Assembly (NCBI GenBank): GCA_035283685.1
Contig: DATETJ010000008.1
Location: forward strand, 64,629 to 128,628
Direction of reading: 5' to 3'
DNA length: 64,000 bases
Source of the DNA: Candidatus Bathyarchaeia archaeon
GTDB taxonomy: Archaea; Thermoproteota; Bathyarchaeia; Bathyarchaeales; Bathyarchaeaceae
Every line of letters begins with the position of its first letter. The first letter of the stretch is position 1. Below the pieces are notes generated by a model. It did no database searches. It saw only the letters and a list, made by a program, of their open reading frames with translations, and had not been told where the DNA came from. Positions 43,737 through 54,530 of this stretch are shown piece after piece. The translations under genes were made by a program, and so were the position numbers.

Positions 43737-44804
43737 GTGAAGGTCGGTATTGTCTACGACGAGAAATACGCTGAATACGACTTGGGTGAGGGGCATCCGT
43801 TCAGAGGCGACCGATTTGTCAACGCCATGAAGTTTTTCGAATCACAAAGCTTGTTCAAGTTTTCCAATGTATTTATGCTGCGTCCACTGCCGGCGACAAA
43901 GGAAGATATCTTGAGAGTTCACGACCCAGACTATGTTGACTTGATCTTTCGGCTGGGTGCTGCAAGTCGCCCCTACGATATGGAGACGCCTGTTTCTCCT
44001 CAGATTCTTGAGGCTGTTATGTTGATAGTGGGCGGCGCCATTGAGGCTGGAAGATCCATATTCGAAGGCAAAGCTGAACGTGCGGTTGCAATCGGCTGTG
44101 GCTATCATCATGCAGGTCGCAACTATGGAGGTGGCTTCTGCCTCTTCAACGATATAGCAGCCATGGTTGAGTACTTGCGACAGAAACATGGGTTGAAACG
44201 AACAATGATCATCGACCACGATGTGCACGCTGGCAACGGAACAAGCGACATTTACTACGAGGATCCCAATGTGCTGTTTGTCTCGTTGCATCAGGATCCG
44301 AGGACGATTTATCCGGGCACGGGTTTCATTCAGCAGCTTGGGCGTGGAGCCGGAACAGGTTACAATGTCAATGTGCCGTTGCCACCTGGGACAAGTGATG
44401 AGACTTATTTGTATGCTTTAAGAGAGATTGTGCCACCGTTGGCTGAGGAGTTCAAGCCTGAGCTGATTGTGGGCAACGGCGGAAGTGACCCGCATTTTGC
44501 AGACATGCTTGGCAGTCTTGCTTTAACAGTGCAGGGCTTTCTGGGCATTTCACAAACGCTTGTCAAGACCGCGGAAAAAGTGTGTAAAGGCAGAATCGTG
44601 CTCATGCCCGGTAGTGGATATAATCCGGAAGTGCTGCCTTATTGTTGGTATGCACTTGTAGCCGGGGTTGCGGGGTTAGAGAAAATCGATGTGAAAGATC
44701 CGTATGCATTACCTGTTGAGCCAAGCTTTGTGCGCCCGAAGGTTGAGGAAACTGTCGGTACGCTGAAGAAGCTGCTCAAGGATTATTGGAAGTGCTTTCG
44801 CTGA
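43737..44804 (+). CDS. histone deacetylase family enzyme (AcuC/acetylpolyamine amidohydrolase-like)
   Basis: HPF.GDRF, GGAIEAG, YHHAGRNYGGGFCLFND, DHDVHAGNGT and the GGSDPH-like region are class I/II HDAC motifs. I chose GTG 43737 (VKVGIVYDEKY, with GGAG upstream) over the track start at 43701. Confidence 0.85.
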   Translation: MKVGIVYDEKYAEYDLGEGHPFRGDRFVNAMKFFESQSLFKFSNVFMLRPLPATKEDILRVHDPDYVDLIFRLGAASRPYDMETPVSPQILEAVMLIVGGAIEAGRSIFEGKAERAVAIGCGYHHAGRNYGGGFCLFNDIAAMVEYLRQKHGLKRTMIIDHDVHAGNGTSDIYYEDPNVLFVSLHQDPRTIYPGTGFIQQLGRGAGTGYNVNVPLPPGTSDETYLYALREIVPPLAEEFKPELIVGNGGSDPHFADMLGSLALTVQGFLGISQTLVKTAEKVCKGRIVLMPGSGYNPEVLPYCWYALVAGVAGLEKIDVKDPYALPVEPSFVRPKVEETVGTLKKLLKDYWKCFR

Positions 44805-44817
44805 AGAAAGGCGATTG

Positions 44818-45168
44818 CTACTCTGTTTTCTCTACGGGCTTGATGACCACGGCTGTGCCATATGCTGAGAAGGTTGTTGCTGTGCCTTGTAGTATGTCGC
44901 TTGTTTCGAAGTCGGCTCCAACAATGGCGTTTGCGCCCATTTTCTGAGCGTTTTCGAGGAGTCTTTGCAGCGATTCTTTCCTTGCTTTTTCACATTCATA
45001 CGTGTATGTTGTGACTTCGCCGCCGAAGATGCCTTCAATTCCTGCGACTATTTTGCCCCCTACGCCTCTAGTTCGAACCGTTATGCCGCTCACTACGCCT
45101 AGCACTTTCACAATCTCGTAGCCTGAAACAGTTGGGGTGGTGACGACAAGAATCGATGATTGAGTCAA
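44818..45168 (-). CDS. YbjQ (UPF0145) family protein
   Basis: TPTVSGYEIVKVLGVVSGITVRTRGVGG...GANAIVGADFE...YGTAVV is the typical YbjQ_1 pattern. Confidence 0.85.
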   Translation of the reverse strand: MTQSSILVVTTPTVSGYEIVKVLGVVSGITVRTRGVGGKIVAGIEGIFGGEVTTYTYECEKARKESLQRLLENAQKMGANAIVGADFETSDILQGTATTFSAYGTAVVIKPVEKTE

Positions 45169-45240
45169 CCAGAATACCTCCAGTTACTAGCCTTTTGGAT
45201 GGTTGGGTTTAAGCTTTCTTATGAATATGTACAAAAACCA

Positions 45241-45257
45241 CTATGAACGCTTCATAG
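45241..45257. promoter_or_regulatory. perfect 17-bp palindrome in divergent promoter region
   Basis: CTATGAA-CGC-TTCATAG lies between the divergently transcribed YbjQ-family and S2P protease genes. Confidence 0.3.
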
Positions 45258-45330
45258 TAACTATTCAGCCAAAACAAAATGTTCTAATACTCCGAGTTTC
45301 AGTTTTTCTCCAAAAAGGGTTCAAATCGAC

Positions 45331-46404
45331 ATGAAACCGGAAGCAGTGTCGCCTCCGCCACCAGAGCTGAGTTTGCCATACGAGCAAATTCACCAAATGG
45401 TGGCTGCCGAATTTACGGTTGAAGAGGGCTTTATTGAATATAATACGCCGACCTTTTATGTGACCCAGAAGCCTGATGTCAAGCAAGCGTTCGCTCGCCT
45501 GTTCAAGAAAATGAACTCTAAACAGCTCTTACCGGTCTTAAGGAAGAGAGAAAGCCGGATTGTTCTGCAGGTGGTTTCGAAGCCGCCGGTTAAGACGAGT
45601 AACCCATTGATTAACATTGTCTTGCTCTTGGCCACTATTGGAACGACCATGTTTACTGGTTACCTTTTGTCTGGAGAGGCAACCGACCCGTTGGTGGGCG
45701 CTGTATTATTCTCGACAGCCTTGATGTCTATACTTGGGGCGCATGAAATGGGTCACAAACTTACAGCCAATAAACATGGAGTGGAGGCGACTTACCCATA
45801 TTTCATTCCGGGTTTTCCGCCGTTTGGCACGTTCGGCGCTGTTATCCAGCAGAAATCGTTAGCACCTAATCGTGATGCGTTATTTGATTTGGGGTTCAGC
45901 GGTCCGATGATCGGATTTCTGTTGGCGGTTGCAGTTTCGATCATAGGGATACCAATGTCAAATATCAGAGTGGTTCAAGAGCTACCGGTTGGGATAATTC
46001 AACCGCCGATTCTGCTCGATTTTCTCGCCAATTACTTGCTGAAGTTTGAGCCGGTTTCAACAGGTTATGTTTTGATTGAGCTTCATCCTGTGGCTTTTGC
46101 CGGATACATAGGCATGATTGTGACGATGCTGAACCTCATGCCTATTGGGCAGTTAGACGGTGGTCATGTTGCGCAGGTTCTGTTGGGGGATACCGCTCGC
46201 GCTGCAGTGTCAGTTATCGCGATTGTCTCCTTGCTGTTCATCGCATGGCCAATGGCGTTGATTGCTTATTTGTTGTCGCGTGTAAGGCACCCCGATGCTT
46301 TAGATGCGGTTTCAACGGTTTCAAGAACAAGAAAATTTGCTTCGATCGCGTTGATAGTTGTGTTTGTGTTGAGCGTTGCGCCTGTAGCTCCATTGTTTTT
46401 CTGA
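45331..46404 (+). CDS. site-2 protease family (M50) intramembrane metalloprotease
   Basis: HEMGHKL (HExxH) lies within a TM segment. The protein is polytopic and carries the later NLMPIGQLDGGH motif. Confidence 0.8.
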   Translation: MKPEAVSPPPPELSLPYEQIHQMVAAEFTVEEGFIEYNTPTFYVTQKPDVKQAFARLFKKMNSKQLLPVLRKRESRIVLQVVSKPPVKTSNPLINIVLLLATIGTTMFTGYLLSGEATDPLVGAVLFSTALMSILGAHEMGHKLTANKHGVEATYPYFIPGFPPFGTFGAVIQQKSLAPNRDALFDLGFSGPMIGFLLAVAVSIIGIPMSNIRVVQELPVGIIQPPILLDFLANYLLKFEPVSTGYVLIELHPVAFAGYIGMIVTMLNLMPIGQLDGGHVAQVLLGDTARAAVSVIAIVSLLFIAWPMALIAYLLSRVRHPDALDAVSTVSRTRKFASIALIVVFVLSVAPVAPLFF

Positions 46405-46497
46405 AATGGAGCGTATATACCAGACTGTTAGCAATGTTTAAGACATAGTCTATGCTTTGTTACTGTTTCTCAAGTTTAAAGGGAGAGCGAGTTTTTC

Positions 46498-47004
46498 TTG
46501 GACATTTTCAGTGCTGAACTGGATGCTTGCGAAAACTTAGCGGACATTTTTGAGTTGGTCAAGCAGTCGGTTAAGAGGTTTCTTGGGCAGCACAGAGCAG
46601 GGCTTATGCTCGGGATGGCGAACTTGGGGATGAGACGCGGCGCTTTCGTCGGGGCTTTTCACCCAATCGGTTCGAATATCATAGTTATGAATAAAGCGCC
46701 TTTTGAGGTTGCTCTGAGAACAACAGACAAGAAGATACTGAACGCTTACTGCTTCCACCTTTTGCTGCATGAATACTTGCACGCACTTGGCTATGTGAGT
46801 GAAGAAGAGGTTCGCGATTTGGTTCACAGAGTGTGCAGCCTTGCCTTGGGAAAGGACAATCCTGCCACCGTCATGGCGGAGAGAGGACTAGCATTCTACT
46901 TCCCAAAAGTCACCTACTTCTCACAGAACGTCCCAATTCCAAGGGACCTACAGATTGAGCTAGTCAAGGATTTTGACAAATCAAGCGCTGGCTACATTAA
47001 CTAA
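46498..47004 (+). CDS. hypothetical protein with HExxHxxG motif (putative Zn-dependent hydrolase)
   Basis: LLLHEYLHALGY is the only recognisable motif. The start is TTG. Confidence 0.45.
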   Translation: MDIFSAELDACENLADIFELVKQSVKRFLGQHRAGLMLGMANLGMRRGAFVGAFHPIGSNIIVMNKAPFEVALRTTDKKILNAYCFHLLLHEYLHALGYVSEEEVRDLVHRVCSLALGKDNPATVMAERGLAFYFPKVTYFSQNVPIPRDLQIELVKDFDKSSAGYIN

Positions 47005-47159
47005 TAGCTGAAAGCGTAGTCTCAGCTTGAAGCCTGTGTTCTAGGTTGCGCTTGCCCTAGTTTAGTGGACTCATAATGTGAATAAAACCGACATTCAATA
47101 TTGTCAGGCGTGACCTTTGATTCTTGGGGCTTTTTGACTTTCTCAAGTCTAAAAACATA

Positions 47160-47193
47160 ATAAGGTTCAGAAAAAGGAAAAAAGAAAAGGAAT
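47160..47193 (-). terminator. T-rich tract after the giant gene stop (candidate terminator)
   Basis: Immediately downstream of the stop the minus strand reads ATTCCTTTTCTTTTTTCCTTTTTCTGAACC. Confidence 0.4.
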
Positions 47194-50100
47194 TCAGCTG
47201 GCTATCAGAGGTTCCTCAAATGGATTCAGAGACGGTTGTTCAGGTCGATTGGATTTTGCCTGTTTCCTTTGCTTAGCTGATTTCATCTTTGTCCAAAGCT
47301 GCGATAGTTTGCTCTTGACTCTTTTTCTAAAGACAACCAGCACTGTTGCAGTTGCAATCAACGAGCCAACTACAAACAGGAGTATTAGTCCGCCTTCGCT
47401 AAGCAAGATAAATGGTTCGGTCTGTGGCGTAACCCCTTTGCTCAGTAGGAAGAGTACTTCCGGGTCATTGTAAACTGCGTATCCGTCCCATTTGTCAAAG
47501 CCCACGGTTAGAAAGTACATTGAAGCTGAGATGTCGAAGCCCGTAGATGATTTGCCCGACTCAGACTGGAAACTGGCTTTGAAAGAGCCTATAGGAGAGG
47601 TTTTGCTGGTCACGTTGAAGGTTCGTATCATGTCGGCGTCGGTGATTGGTTTCTCCCAATCGTAAGTGCTGCCCAACTTTACTGTTGCGAACTGCACATT
47701 AGCTAAGCGTGATGCGATGCTGAATCTTGAAGACTCGGTGCTGTTGTTATTGTCTATGGCTGTGCCTTTGTCGTCCATGACGTTCCAAGCAATGCCGCTG
47801 AACGCTGTTACATAATAGTTGGTTGCTAAGCTGCGGTTGAGGAAGATGTCCTTGCCCACTAATGGAACAAGCACGCCACTTACGTTTTGTTGGCGTCCGT
47901 CAATCACGCCTGGGTCAACAGCCCAATTGCCTATGTGCTGGTCTATTTTTATCGAGGCTTCGTTGTTGGCTTCTGCAGTCGGCGTGGCAGTTCCGTTGAA
48001 GTGAATTGCAAATGAAACTTGGTCTATCAATGACGGAGTCGGCTTGTTCATGAAGTTGGGCACGTTGAAGTCTGCCCCAAACACTGGGCGGTCCCACCAG
48101 CCCCACATTGACCTCTGCTCGCTATACGGGAACAAAGTGCCGTTGACACCGTTGTAGGTCACGCCGAAGGCTATTTTGGCGTTCAAGGGCACAACCATGT
48201 CGCCTGTGGCGTTGGTGTTCCCAAACATTTCGCCAGGCGTTACGAAAGTGATGTTTCCGATGTTGCGTGGCATGAAGAAATGTGTTTTTTCAGTGCCATT
48301 GTAAAGCGACAGGCCCGCAAATTCGTAACGCAGTCCTATGCCTGCGTGTTCCGTGCCGTTGCTTGTAGCCCAGCTTGTCGTATAGTCCTGCTGGGTTCCG
48401 AACCACATCCATTCCCATTCGTTGGTTTTGTCGGTAATCCAGTTCCATCCTTCTCGTTTAGCTCGCTCTAGCATGTCTGCCCATGTAGCGTTCTTAACCA
48501 TGTGGGCAATATCCCAGTAGCCCGGTTTGGGCAACTTCGATGCGCCGTCAACTATTACCGACCGTATGTTTTGCATTGCGGCTTCGCTGATGGTTGTCAT
48601 GTTTGAGGCGTAGTGCCAAATGTATGTTTCATTCCATTCCGAGGTCCAAGCCACGTACATCTTGCCCATCCAAGCGCCGATGTGAATCTCGTCTTCAACA
48701 AGTGACGAATTCGGGTCCCAGATAATTTCAACCCACATGCGGTTGATAGTTACGTTTCTCAGGTCAGAGCCACCGTGAATCCTCCTCACAAAGTATTGAT
48801 CGCCCGTTGTGGTCAAGTCGCCGTCCAAGTCTAATGCACCTGTCTCAGGAACCACATCGAAGGCGCGGACACCCCACATTCCCCAGTTCGGCACGCCGAC
48901 TACGATGTCATTAATTTGGCGCTGCGTGACTATGTTTAGATCGGTGAGCATCCACCCGTAAACATCACCCCACATCTTATGCGTCTTGAAGATGTTCATT
49001 CTGGCTTGCTGAACGTCCATTAACTGGCTGTCAATTATGACGTTGTACGATGGTTTCCACTGTTCCGACCGCTCCAGCTCGTAGGCGTTGCCGTCGATAG
49101 TAACCGTTTCGACGCGTTTCCACCGAATGTCTTGTCTCCACCATCCCGCATTGTCAAACAAGACAACAGTGTAGTCTGTTCCTTCGAGGTTGACCGTGAC
49201 GCTGCTTGGATATCGGTACAAGCTGTTTTCGATTTGCCCTTCGCCTTCAAATCGACTGATAACTGGACTTGGGTCGATTACAAAGAATTCTCTTCCATTG
49301 ATCGTGACATTGAATCGCGGATAACAATCGCTCAGTTCGCCAGTGAACACCTTCCCTCGAACCGCGTCAGACAGATTCCACCACCCATCCACTAAACTCA
49401 AATCCGTTCGGCTAAAGTCAGACGCGTTTAAGAGATACCATCCTAAACCGTCACGCATTATGCGGTCCGTTGTGGAGTTCATCCAAAGCCATGCCTGACG
49501 GTCAAGTGTGGCTACAGGCGCGTTGACAACGCTTGGAGTGACAATGTGAAATATGTCAAAGTCCTTATCGTCATATACATCATAGCTCTCGCCCAAGTCG
49601 TTGATCGTGTAATACATTACTACATTCCTGAAGTAGTAGTCTTGGTCTCCGATCCGTGTGAAGTACATGCTTAGTTCATTTCGCCAGTGAACATTGAATA
49701 TGGTGCCGTTTTTCATGACCAAATGCTGGCCAGGCATGCCGCCCATCGGATTCTGCGTTGTAACATCCAACGGCAAGGTGTCGTTCAAATAGACGCGGTA
49801 ACCCTCAACTCCCTGAGCAGTTCTATTTCCAGCGACAGGATCGTCGTTTATGAAAGTCCATTGCCTAGCCACACCCCAATGGTCGCCTACCCAGCCAAAG
49901 CCCCACGTACTGTAAACCTGCGTGCCGTTCAGCATAGTCATGTAATTGACCCACGTGCCGTTGTTCCAAGGAGCATTAGTGCCAGGAACAAACCAGCTGT
50001 TAGGCGTCCACGAGTCGTTTTCCCAGAAGTAACCGTGGTAAACGCCTGGTCCGCCGCTTGTTCCCCAAACTTTCAAAGTCGCGTTAACCGAGACTTCGGT

Positions 50101-53100
50101 TCCGTCCTCGTAAAAGACATCGGTGTGAGCTGGATCCCATGCTAATCCAGGGATTGTCAGATTATAAACGTATATTGTGTCAAACACTTGTTTCGCTTGC
50201 CAACTGAACGGGATCAGCCTAGTGAAGTTTGTGCCAGGCACTTGTATGTGGATTTCTTCAAGCCAATTGGCTGGCTTGTCGTTCCAGTTGAAGTAGATTT
50301 TTTGGCCGTCGAGCGACGTGATGTAGTTCAGGTTAATTGTTTGGGCTGTTTGATTATCGACCATGCTTTCAAAACGGTCGTTAGCATCTGTGGTGTAAAA
50401 GATCTGGTCACCAACTTGTACTTTCCAAACCGCTACGTAGACGCTTGAGTGAAGGTCAAACCTAGAGCCGTTTGACATCTGAATGTACAGAGTGGAGTTC
50501 TCCCGGTCGTAGCCGTAACGGTTCCAGTCAGTCCAGCGGTTTGCCACAGGGTCACGGCCTGTCGTGGTAATTATCGCACCTGAGGCGGTGATTTGTCCTG
50601 ATCTCTCGTTATGTTTGCCATATTGCAGTATCCAACCCTTTTGGATAACATCCCAGTATTCTTGTCCGTTTATTGATGAGTAATAGTATCCATAGTCTAT
50701 CTCTGGGGGCGTCACCGAAACCTGTGTTGAATCCACCACGATGTAGTGTGACCCATCTTCCCTCTGATAGATAACATGTTCAACCCCGTTGACTGTCAAC
50801 GACTTTGTTGTTTTCAGTTTTCGTCCTTCGGATTCTGTGTCCTCCAGTTCCCACCATGAGGTTGCCATAGCGTTCGAATAGGGCATTTCATATTTGACTC
50901 CATCTTCGACGCCTAAGTCAGTGTAGTAGAAGTTGCGCACGTAGCCTTCCATGCCGCCGCCACGAATCATCAGTTCGTGCCCTTCATGCGTGCCAGTGTA
51001 GTATTGATTTGGCCAGTCGATCAAGTATCTTAAGCCATTGAGGATCACGAATCTCTGGTCGTCGGGAACTGACCATGGATCAGTAATAGTGATGCGCGTG
51101 CCATTTCTCATGACGAGGAAGTATCCTGAACCGTCGGGCATAGGCTGCCAATTGCTCGGTTCACGCAACAAGACCACTGTTCCGTTAAGGGCGACGCCTG
51201 ATCCAACCGAGCTTAGAGGCAGCGGAGTATCCTCTTCAGTGTAAACACGAGCTGTCAACTCCCAGCGGTTTCTTGTGCTGTTATACATTTGCATCTCAAA
51301 CGGGTCGTTTCTATAGATGCGCGAGCCATCTAGCAACTCGTAGTAGAAGGGGGCAATCTCTCGTTGAAGCACTGGATCCCAGAAGCGCACTGCCCAGTCT
51401 TGCTTTGAGCGGTCCATGTAGCTCTTGAAGACCGTGCCGTTTGTAACAGGAATTTTGTTGCTGCCTGCTAATTGGTATGCGTCTGTGCAGTTCAGTGTTA
51501 CTGCTCGAATTACAGCTTGGAAAGCTTCTTTGACGTATATTTTGGTTCCGTTTAACAGTTCATAGTACCGTGGTTGCATGCCGAGGCTCGGGTTGTACGG
51601 TTCGTAGAGCAGGTACTGCGTCCATTCTTCCTGTCGCATCGAGTCGTATTGCGACCGCACTTGGATTGGCAGATCGGCGCCGTTCAAGGTTATGTAAGGC
51701 AATTGATTGAGCAAGTACTTCCTACCATCGTAAATGGTTGAGAGCGGCGTTAACGGTTTAGAGACATACCATGCTTCCCAGTTTGTCGCTGAACCGTTTA
51801 CAAAGTAGACTGGCTCGTTGGTCCATTCGGTTATCGTATGTTCACCCCATCCTTGGCTCCAATCTCTGCCATAAGTCAAGTTTTGGAAAAGCATGTTCCA
51901 TTGGTAGTTACTTTCAGGCGCAGCAGGCGAAAAGGACACATTCAGGTTTATAGTGACGACTCCTTTGACTTGTGTAATCTCGGCTGAGTGCACGTTGGCG
52001 TAGCTTGCTGGCATTTTGAAGGCTGGGTCGAATTCGCTTACCCACGTTTTTGTTGTGTCAATCCAGATCTTGGGCGAAGTTGGGGCACGTGCATATTCAG
52101 TTTGGTTGAGGCGGAAGTTCTCCCAATGCCAATCCGTCACGATAGTTTCATTCCATCTCAATTGCGGACTCTGCACCCAATCCCACATGCCTGTAGAGGA
52201 GTTGAATTGCGTGTGCCAATCTGTGACGTTCACAAGAGCCCAGCCCAAGTGTGTGCCGTAGACGTAAGCGTTTCTATTTGTTCGATTATACGTAGCCGCA
52301 CTGAGGACGCCAGTAGTTAAATCCTTGGTGAGCCTGATCTCCACATCAGACCAAAAGCTTTCGTTAACTGCCCACCTTCCAACGCCCGTGCGGAAAACAA
52401 CGCCTACACCATCGATGTCCAAGGAAGACACAGACGTGCCGTAAAGCTTGCTTTGAATCGTGAATGATTCACTTGGATCTGTCTGAAACATCCAACCTTC
52501 AAAGGGTCGACCTTGCGGGTTGAGCACAGTTGAAATGGCTACAAGCCTGTCGACAGCGATCTGAAAGTCGCCTGGGTTTGTGTTTTCCCACCGTGGCCAG
52601 ATTTGGCCGTGTCGGGTGTAAACTGATATTTGGAACCAGTATGCATCTCGGTCCGTGAAGGTTTCATTTGAGAAATAGCCGACGAATTCTATGGCGTATT
52701 TGTCAGATCCTGTCTGGTACCAGTTTGAATCGGTTGGGGACAGCTGATAGAAGCGGGTTGTTGGGTCGGAAGCGTTCAGGTCGTTGAGAACCATGTACTC
52801 TCTGTCTCTTTGAAGTTGCGGGTCATATCCCATGTAGGAGTAGCCCTGTTTCACAGTAAACGTGTGGCTGTAATGGTCGTAGATCAGGAACATTTTTTCT
52901 TGAACAGGCATCGTCTCGTTTATGAATCTTGCCTGTCCTGTAATTGGGTCCCAGAATTGTCGTGTGATGTTGACTTGGCGGTTGTGGTTTACATTTATCC
53001 AGCGTTCTTCGGGATGAGGCCCGAAGACCTGCTCTGCTCTCGTTACTTCGACGGTGCTGTTCCAATAATACGTGCCAGATGTTTCATTAAACATCCAACC

Positions 53101-54141
53101 GCCCCGCGTAGTCACAGGCTTTGAGTACCAGTTGGTGACGTTGACATAGGTCTTGACGTTCCAGCCGAGTTCCATTCCTACAGTTACGTTAGTTAATTCA
53201 GAGCCAGTTACGTTGATTCTCATCTTCCACGGCTGACCTTTTGAAGCGGAGTACAACGGTTGGTTCTCCATGTCCAATCTCTCAAATGCCCAAGTGTCTT
53301 GGAACCAGCCATAGGCTAAGCCTGGTGTGCCCACTGCTACCATGCGGTTGGTTGCCATTTCTTGGGTGAGCCGTGCGCGGAAGCCGAACTCTATCCAACT
53401 GTCGTATTGATCCGTTACTTCAAGGTTCATCCAGTATGGTCCCATGGGCGTGGTTGTTGTGTTGAAAAAGCCGACGAATGTGATCTGCCAATCTTGGGCG
53501 GTCTCTACTGCAGTGCTTGCGTTTTTGTTGAAGTTGTAGAAGGAGAATTGCTTCATCTGTTCCGGCGGTGGCGGTGGTTGCGGTCCCTCCATTGGAGGCG
53601 GAGACTTGCTCTGTGCAGTGTTATTGAAGACGAAGCTTTCCACATGCCATGCGTTGGTTTCGTTCCAGAAGTGGGTCTGCATTTGGTTAATGTAAACCAT
53701 TTTGAGGTTGGCGTTGCCTATATTAGTGCCGTTTTGGCTTCGTAATTCAGTGTTCCACTGCAATCCAGCGCGTCCGAGGGTTGAGTTCCCTGTGAAAACA
53801 TTCTTCTGCACGTAGACGACAGCTTTGAAAGTTGCTCCTACTGGGATGAAGTTGGCGTCTGTGATTTCAGTTCCGTTTGAGAGATATATGTGGAACGTTG
53901 GGTACGGTCCGAATTCCCATGCTTGGTTGCGCCAGTTCCAGTTTTCCTGCGTGGTGTTTTCCTGTTTATCCCATGAGATGTAGGTGCCGTTGAATTGTAG
54001 GTCTGGGCGTGGTGGAGAGTGTTTGTCGCCTTGTGGTGGGGGTTCTGGCTTTTGAGCTTGTAGGGGTTTGAACATCACAGCTGAGGTGAGTGTTATTGTG
54101 ATTAGGATTGCTGAGAGGAGGATGTTGATTCTTGGTTTCAT
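47194..54141 (-). CDS. giant (2315 aa) secreted, C-terminally membrane-anchored, sequon-rich surface protein
   Basis: This is a single uninterrupted ORF. The signal peptide is MKPRINILLSAILITITLTSAV. The sequence is W/Y/N/T-rich with very many N-x-S/T sequons. The C-terminal TM GGLILLFVVGSLIATATVLVVF is followed by a basic tail. I recognise no catalytic or known adhesin domain. Confidence 0.8.
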   Translation of the reverse strand: MKPRINILLSAILITITLTSAVMFKPLQAQKPEPPPQGDKHSPPRPDLQFNGTYISWDKQENTTQENWNWRNQAWEFGPYPTFHIYLSNGTEITDANFIPVGATFKAVVYVQKNVFTGNSTLGRAGLQWNTELRSQNGTNIGNANLKMVYINQMQTHFWNETNAWHVESFVFNNTAQSKSPPPMEGPQPPPPPEQMKQFSFYNFNKNASTAVETAQDWQITFVGFFNTTTTPMGPYWMNLEVTDQYDSWIEFGFRARLTQEMATNRMVAVGTPGLAYGWFQDTWAFERLDMENQPLYSASKGQPWKMRINVTGSELTNVTVGMELGWNVKTYVNVTNWYSKPVTTRGGWMFNETSGTYYWNSTVEVTRAEQVFGPHPEERWINVNHNRQVNITRQFWDPITGQARFINETMPVQEKMFLIYDHYSHTFTVKQGYSYMGYDPQLQRDREYMVLNDLNASDPTTRFYQLSPTDSNWYQTGSDKYAIEFVGYFSNETFTDRDAYWFQISVYTRHGQIWPRWENTNPGDFQIAVDRLVAISTVLNPQGRPFEGWMFQTDPSESFTIQSKLYGTSVSSLDIDGVGVVFRTGVGRWAVNESFWSDVEIRLTKDLTTGVLSAATYNRTNRNAYVYGTHLGWALVNVTDWHTQFNSSTGMWDWVQSPQLRWNETIVTDWHWENFRLNQTEYARAPTSPKIWIDTTKTWVSEFDPAFKMPASYANVHSAEITQVKGVVTINLNVSFSPAAPESNYQWNMLFQNLTYGRDWSQGWGEHTITEWTNEPVYFVNGSATNWEAWYVSKPLTPLSTIYDGRKYLLNQLPYITLNGADLPIQVRSQYDSMRQEEWTQYLLYEPYNPSLGMQPRYYELLNGTKIYVKEAFQAVIRAVTLNCTDAYQLAGSNKIPVTNGTVFKSYMDRSKQDWAVRFWDPVLQREIAPFYYELLDGSRIYRNDPFEMQMYNSTRNRWELTARVYTEEDTPLPLSSVGSGVALNGTVVLLREPSNWQPMPDGSGYFLVMRNGTRITITDPWSVPDDQRFVILNGLRYLIDWPNQYYTGTHEGHELMIRGGGMEGYVRNFYYTDLGVEDGVKYEMPYSNAMATSWWELEDTESEGRKLKTTKSLTVNGVEHVIYQREDGSHYIVVDSTQVSVTPPEIDYGYYYSSINGQEYWDVIQKGWILQYGKHNERSGQITASGAIITTTGRDPVANRWTDWNRYGYDRENSTLYIQMSNGSRFDLHSSVYVAVWKVQVGDQIFYTTDANDRFESMVDNQTAQTINLNYITSLDGQKIYFNWNDKPANWLEEIHIQVPGTNFTRLIPFSWQAKQVFDTIYVYNLTIPGLAWDPAHTDVFYEDGTEVSVNATLKVWGTSGGPGVYHGYFWENDSWTPNSWFVPGTNAPWNNGTWVNYMTMLNGTQVYSTWGFGWVGDHWGVARQWTFINDDPVAGNRTAQGVEGYRVYLNDTLPLDVTTQNPMGGMPGQHLVMKNGTIFNVHWRNELSMYFTRIGDQDYYFRNVVMYYTINDLGESYDVYDDKDFDIFHIVTPSVVNAPVATLDRQAWLWMNSTTDRIMRDGLGWYLLNASDFSRTDLSLVDGWWNLSDAVRGKVFTGELSDCYPRFNVTINGREFFVIDPSPVISRFEGEGQIENSLYRYPSSVTVNLEGTDYTVVLFDNAGWWRQDIRWKRVETVTIDGNAYELERSEQWKPSYNVIIDSQLMDVQQARMNIFKTHKMWGDVYGWMLTDLNIVTQRQINDIVVGVPNWGMWGVRAFDVVPETGALDLDGDLTTTGDQYFVRRIHGGSDLRNVTINRMWVEIIWDPNSSLVEDEIHIGAWMGKMYVAWTSEWNETYIWHYASNMTTISEAAMQNIRSVIVDGASKLPKPGYWDIAHMVKNATWADMLERAKREGWNWITDKTNEWEWMWFGTQQDYTTSWATSNGTEHAGIGLRYEFAGLSLYNGTEKTHFFMPRNIGNITFVTPGEMFGNTNATGDMVVPLNAKIAFGVTYNGVNGTLFPYSEQRSMWGWWDRPVFGADFNVPNFMNKPTPSLIDQVSFAIHFNGTATPTAEANNEASIKIDQHIGNWAVDPGVIDGRQQNVSGVLVPLVGKDIFLNRSLATNYYVTAFSGIAWNVMDDKGTAIDNNNSTESSRFSIASRLANVQFATVKLGSTYDWEKPITDADMIRTFNVTSKTSPIGSFKASFQSESGKSSTGFDISASMYFLTVGFDKWDGYAVYNDPEVLFLLSKGVTPQTEPFILLSEGGLILLFVVGSLIATATVLVVFRKRVKSKLSQLWTKMKSAKQRKQAKSNRPEQPSLNPFEEPLIAS

Positions 54142-54358
54142 TTATGTTTCCTCGTAAATATTCATATTGTTTAGGACATACGTGTATGCTTGTGGGCATA
54201 TAAGAATTCTGAACTCGCTATATTAATGGAAGTTCTCTCAGAAACCGGATATCCGAAAACTGAATGTTCGAAAACCGAATGCCGGTGATTTGTGGTTAAG
54301 AAGGTTTTTATGTGGCTGTGTGTAGTGTATATTATGTCTTGCGATGTCATAGTGAGAA

Positions 54359-54530
54359 GCGGGTCGAGGTTGAAATCCACTCAAGCCCAATTATCATTGG
54401 GTCGAGAGGGCAAAGCTCCAGCAACGTGGCGGCGCAGCATCCTATATTGTAGGCCGTCTTCTCCTTTCTCTCTCTCGATGAGGCGCAGTCACGCTGTTGA
54501 GCCAACACACAATGAAGCCCGCAAAACCAT
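54359..54530 (-). repeat. copy (b) of structured intergenic repeat element, sense-oriented upstream of the giant gene
   Basis: The minus strand shares ordered blocks with copy c: GGTTTTGCGGG, TTCATTGTGTGTTG, TCATCGAGAGAGAGAAAGGAGA, CTTTGCC and GATTTCAACCTCGACCCGC. The termini GCGGG and CCCGC can pair. An internal hairpin CCCAAT-GATA-ATTGGG is present. Confidence 0.6.

Noticed and set aside
47249-53745. Many 60-150-aa ORFs on both strands inside the giant gene
   Set aside because: All are nested within a single uninterrupted 6948-nt ORF that has a signal peptide and a C-terminal anchor. None has independent support.
54361-54390. tRNA-like T-loop GGTTGAAATCC
   Set aside because: The flanking bases cannot form a 5-bp T-stem, since CGAGG and CCACT are not complementary. 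No acceptor or anticodon arms are evident. The segment belongs to the 3' block of repeat copy b.
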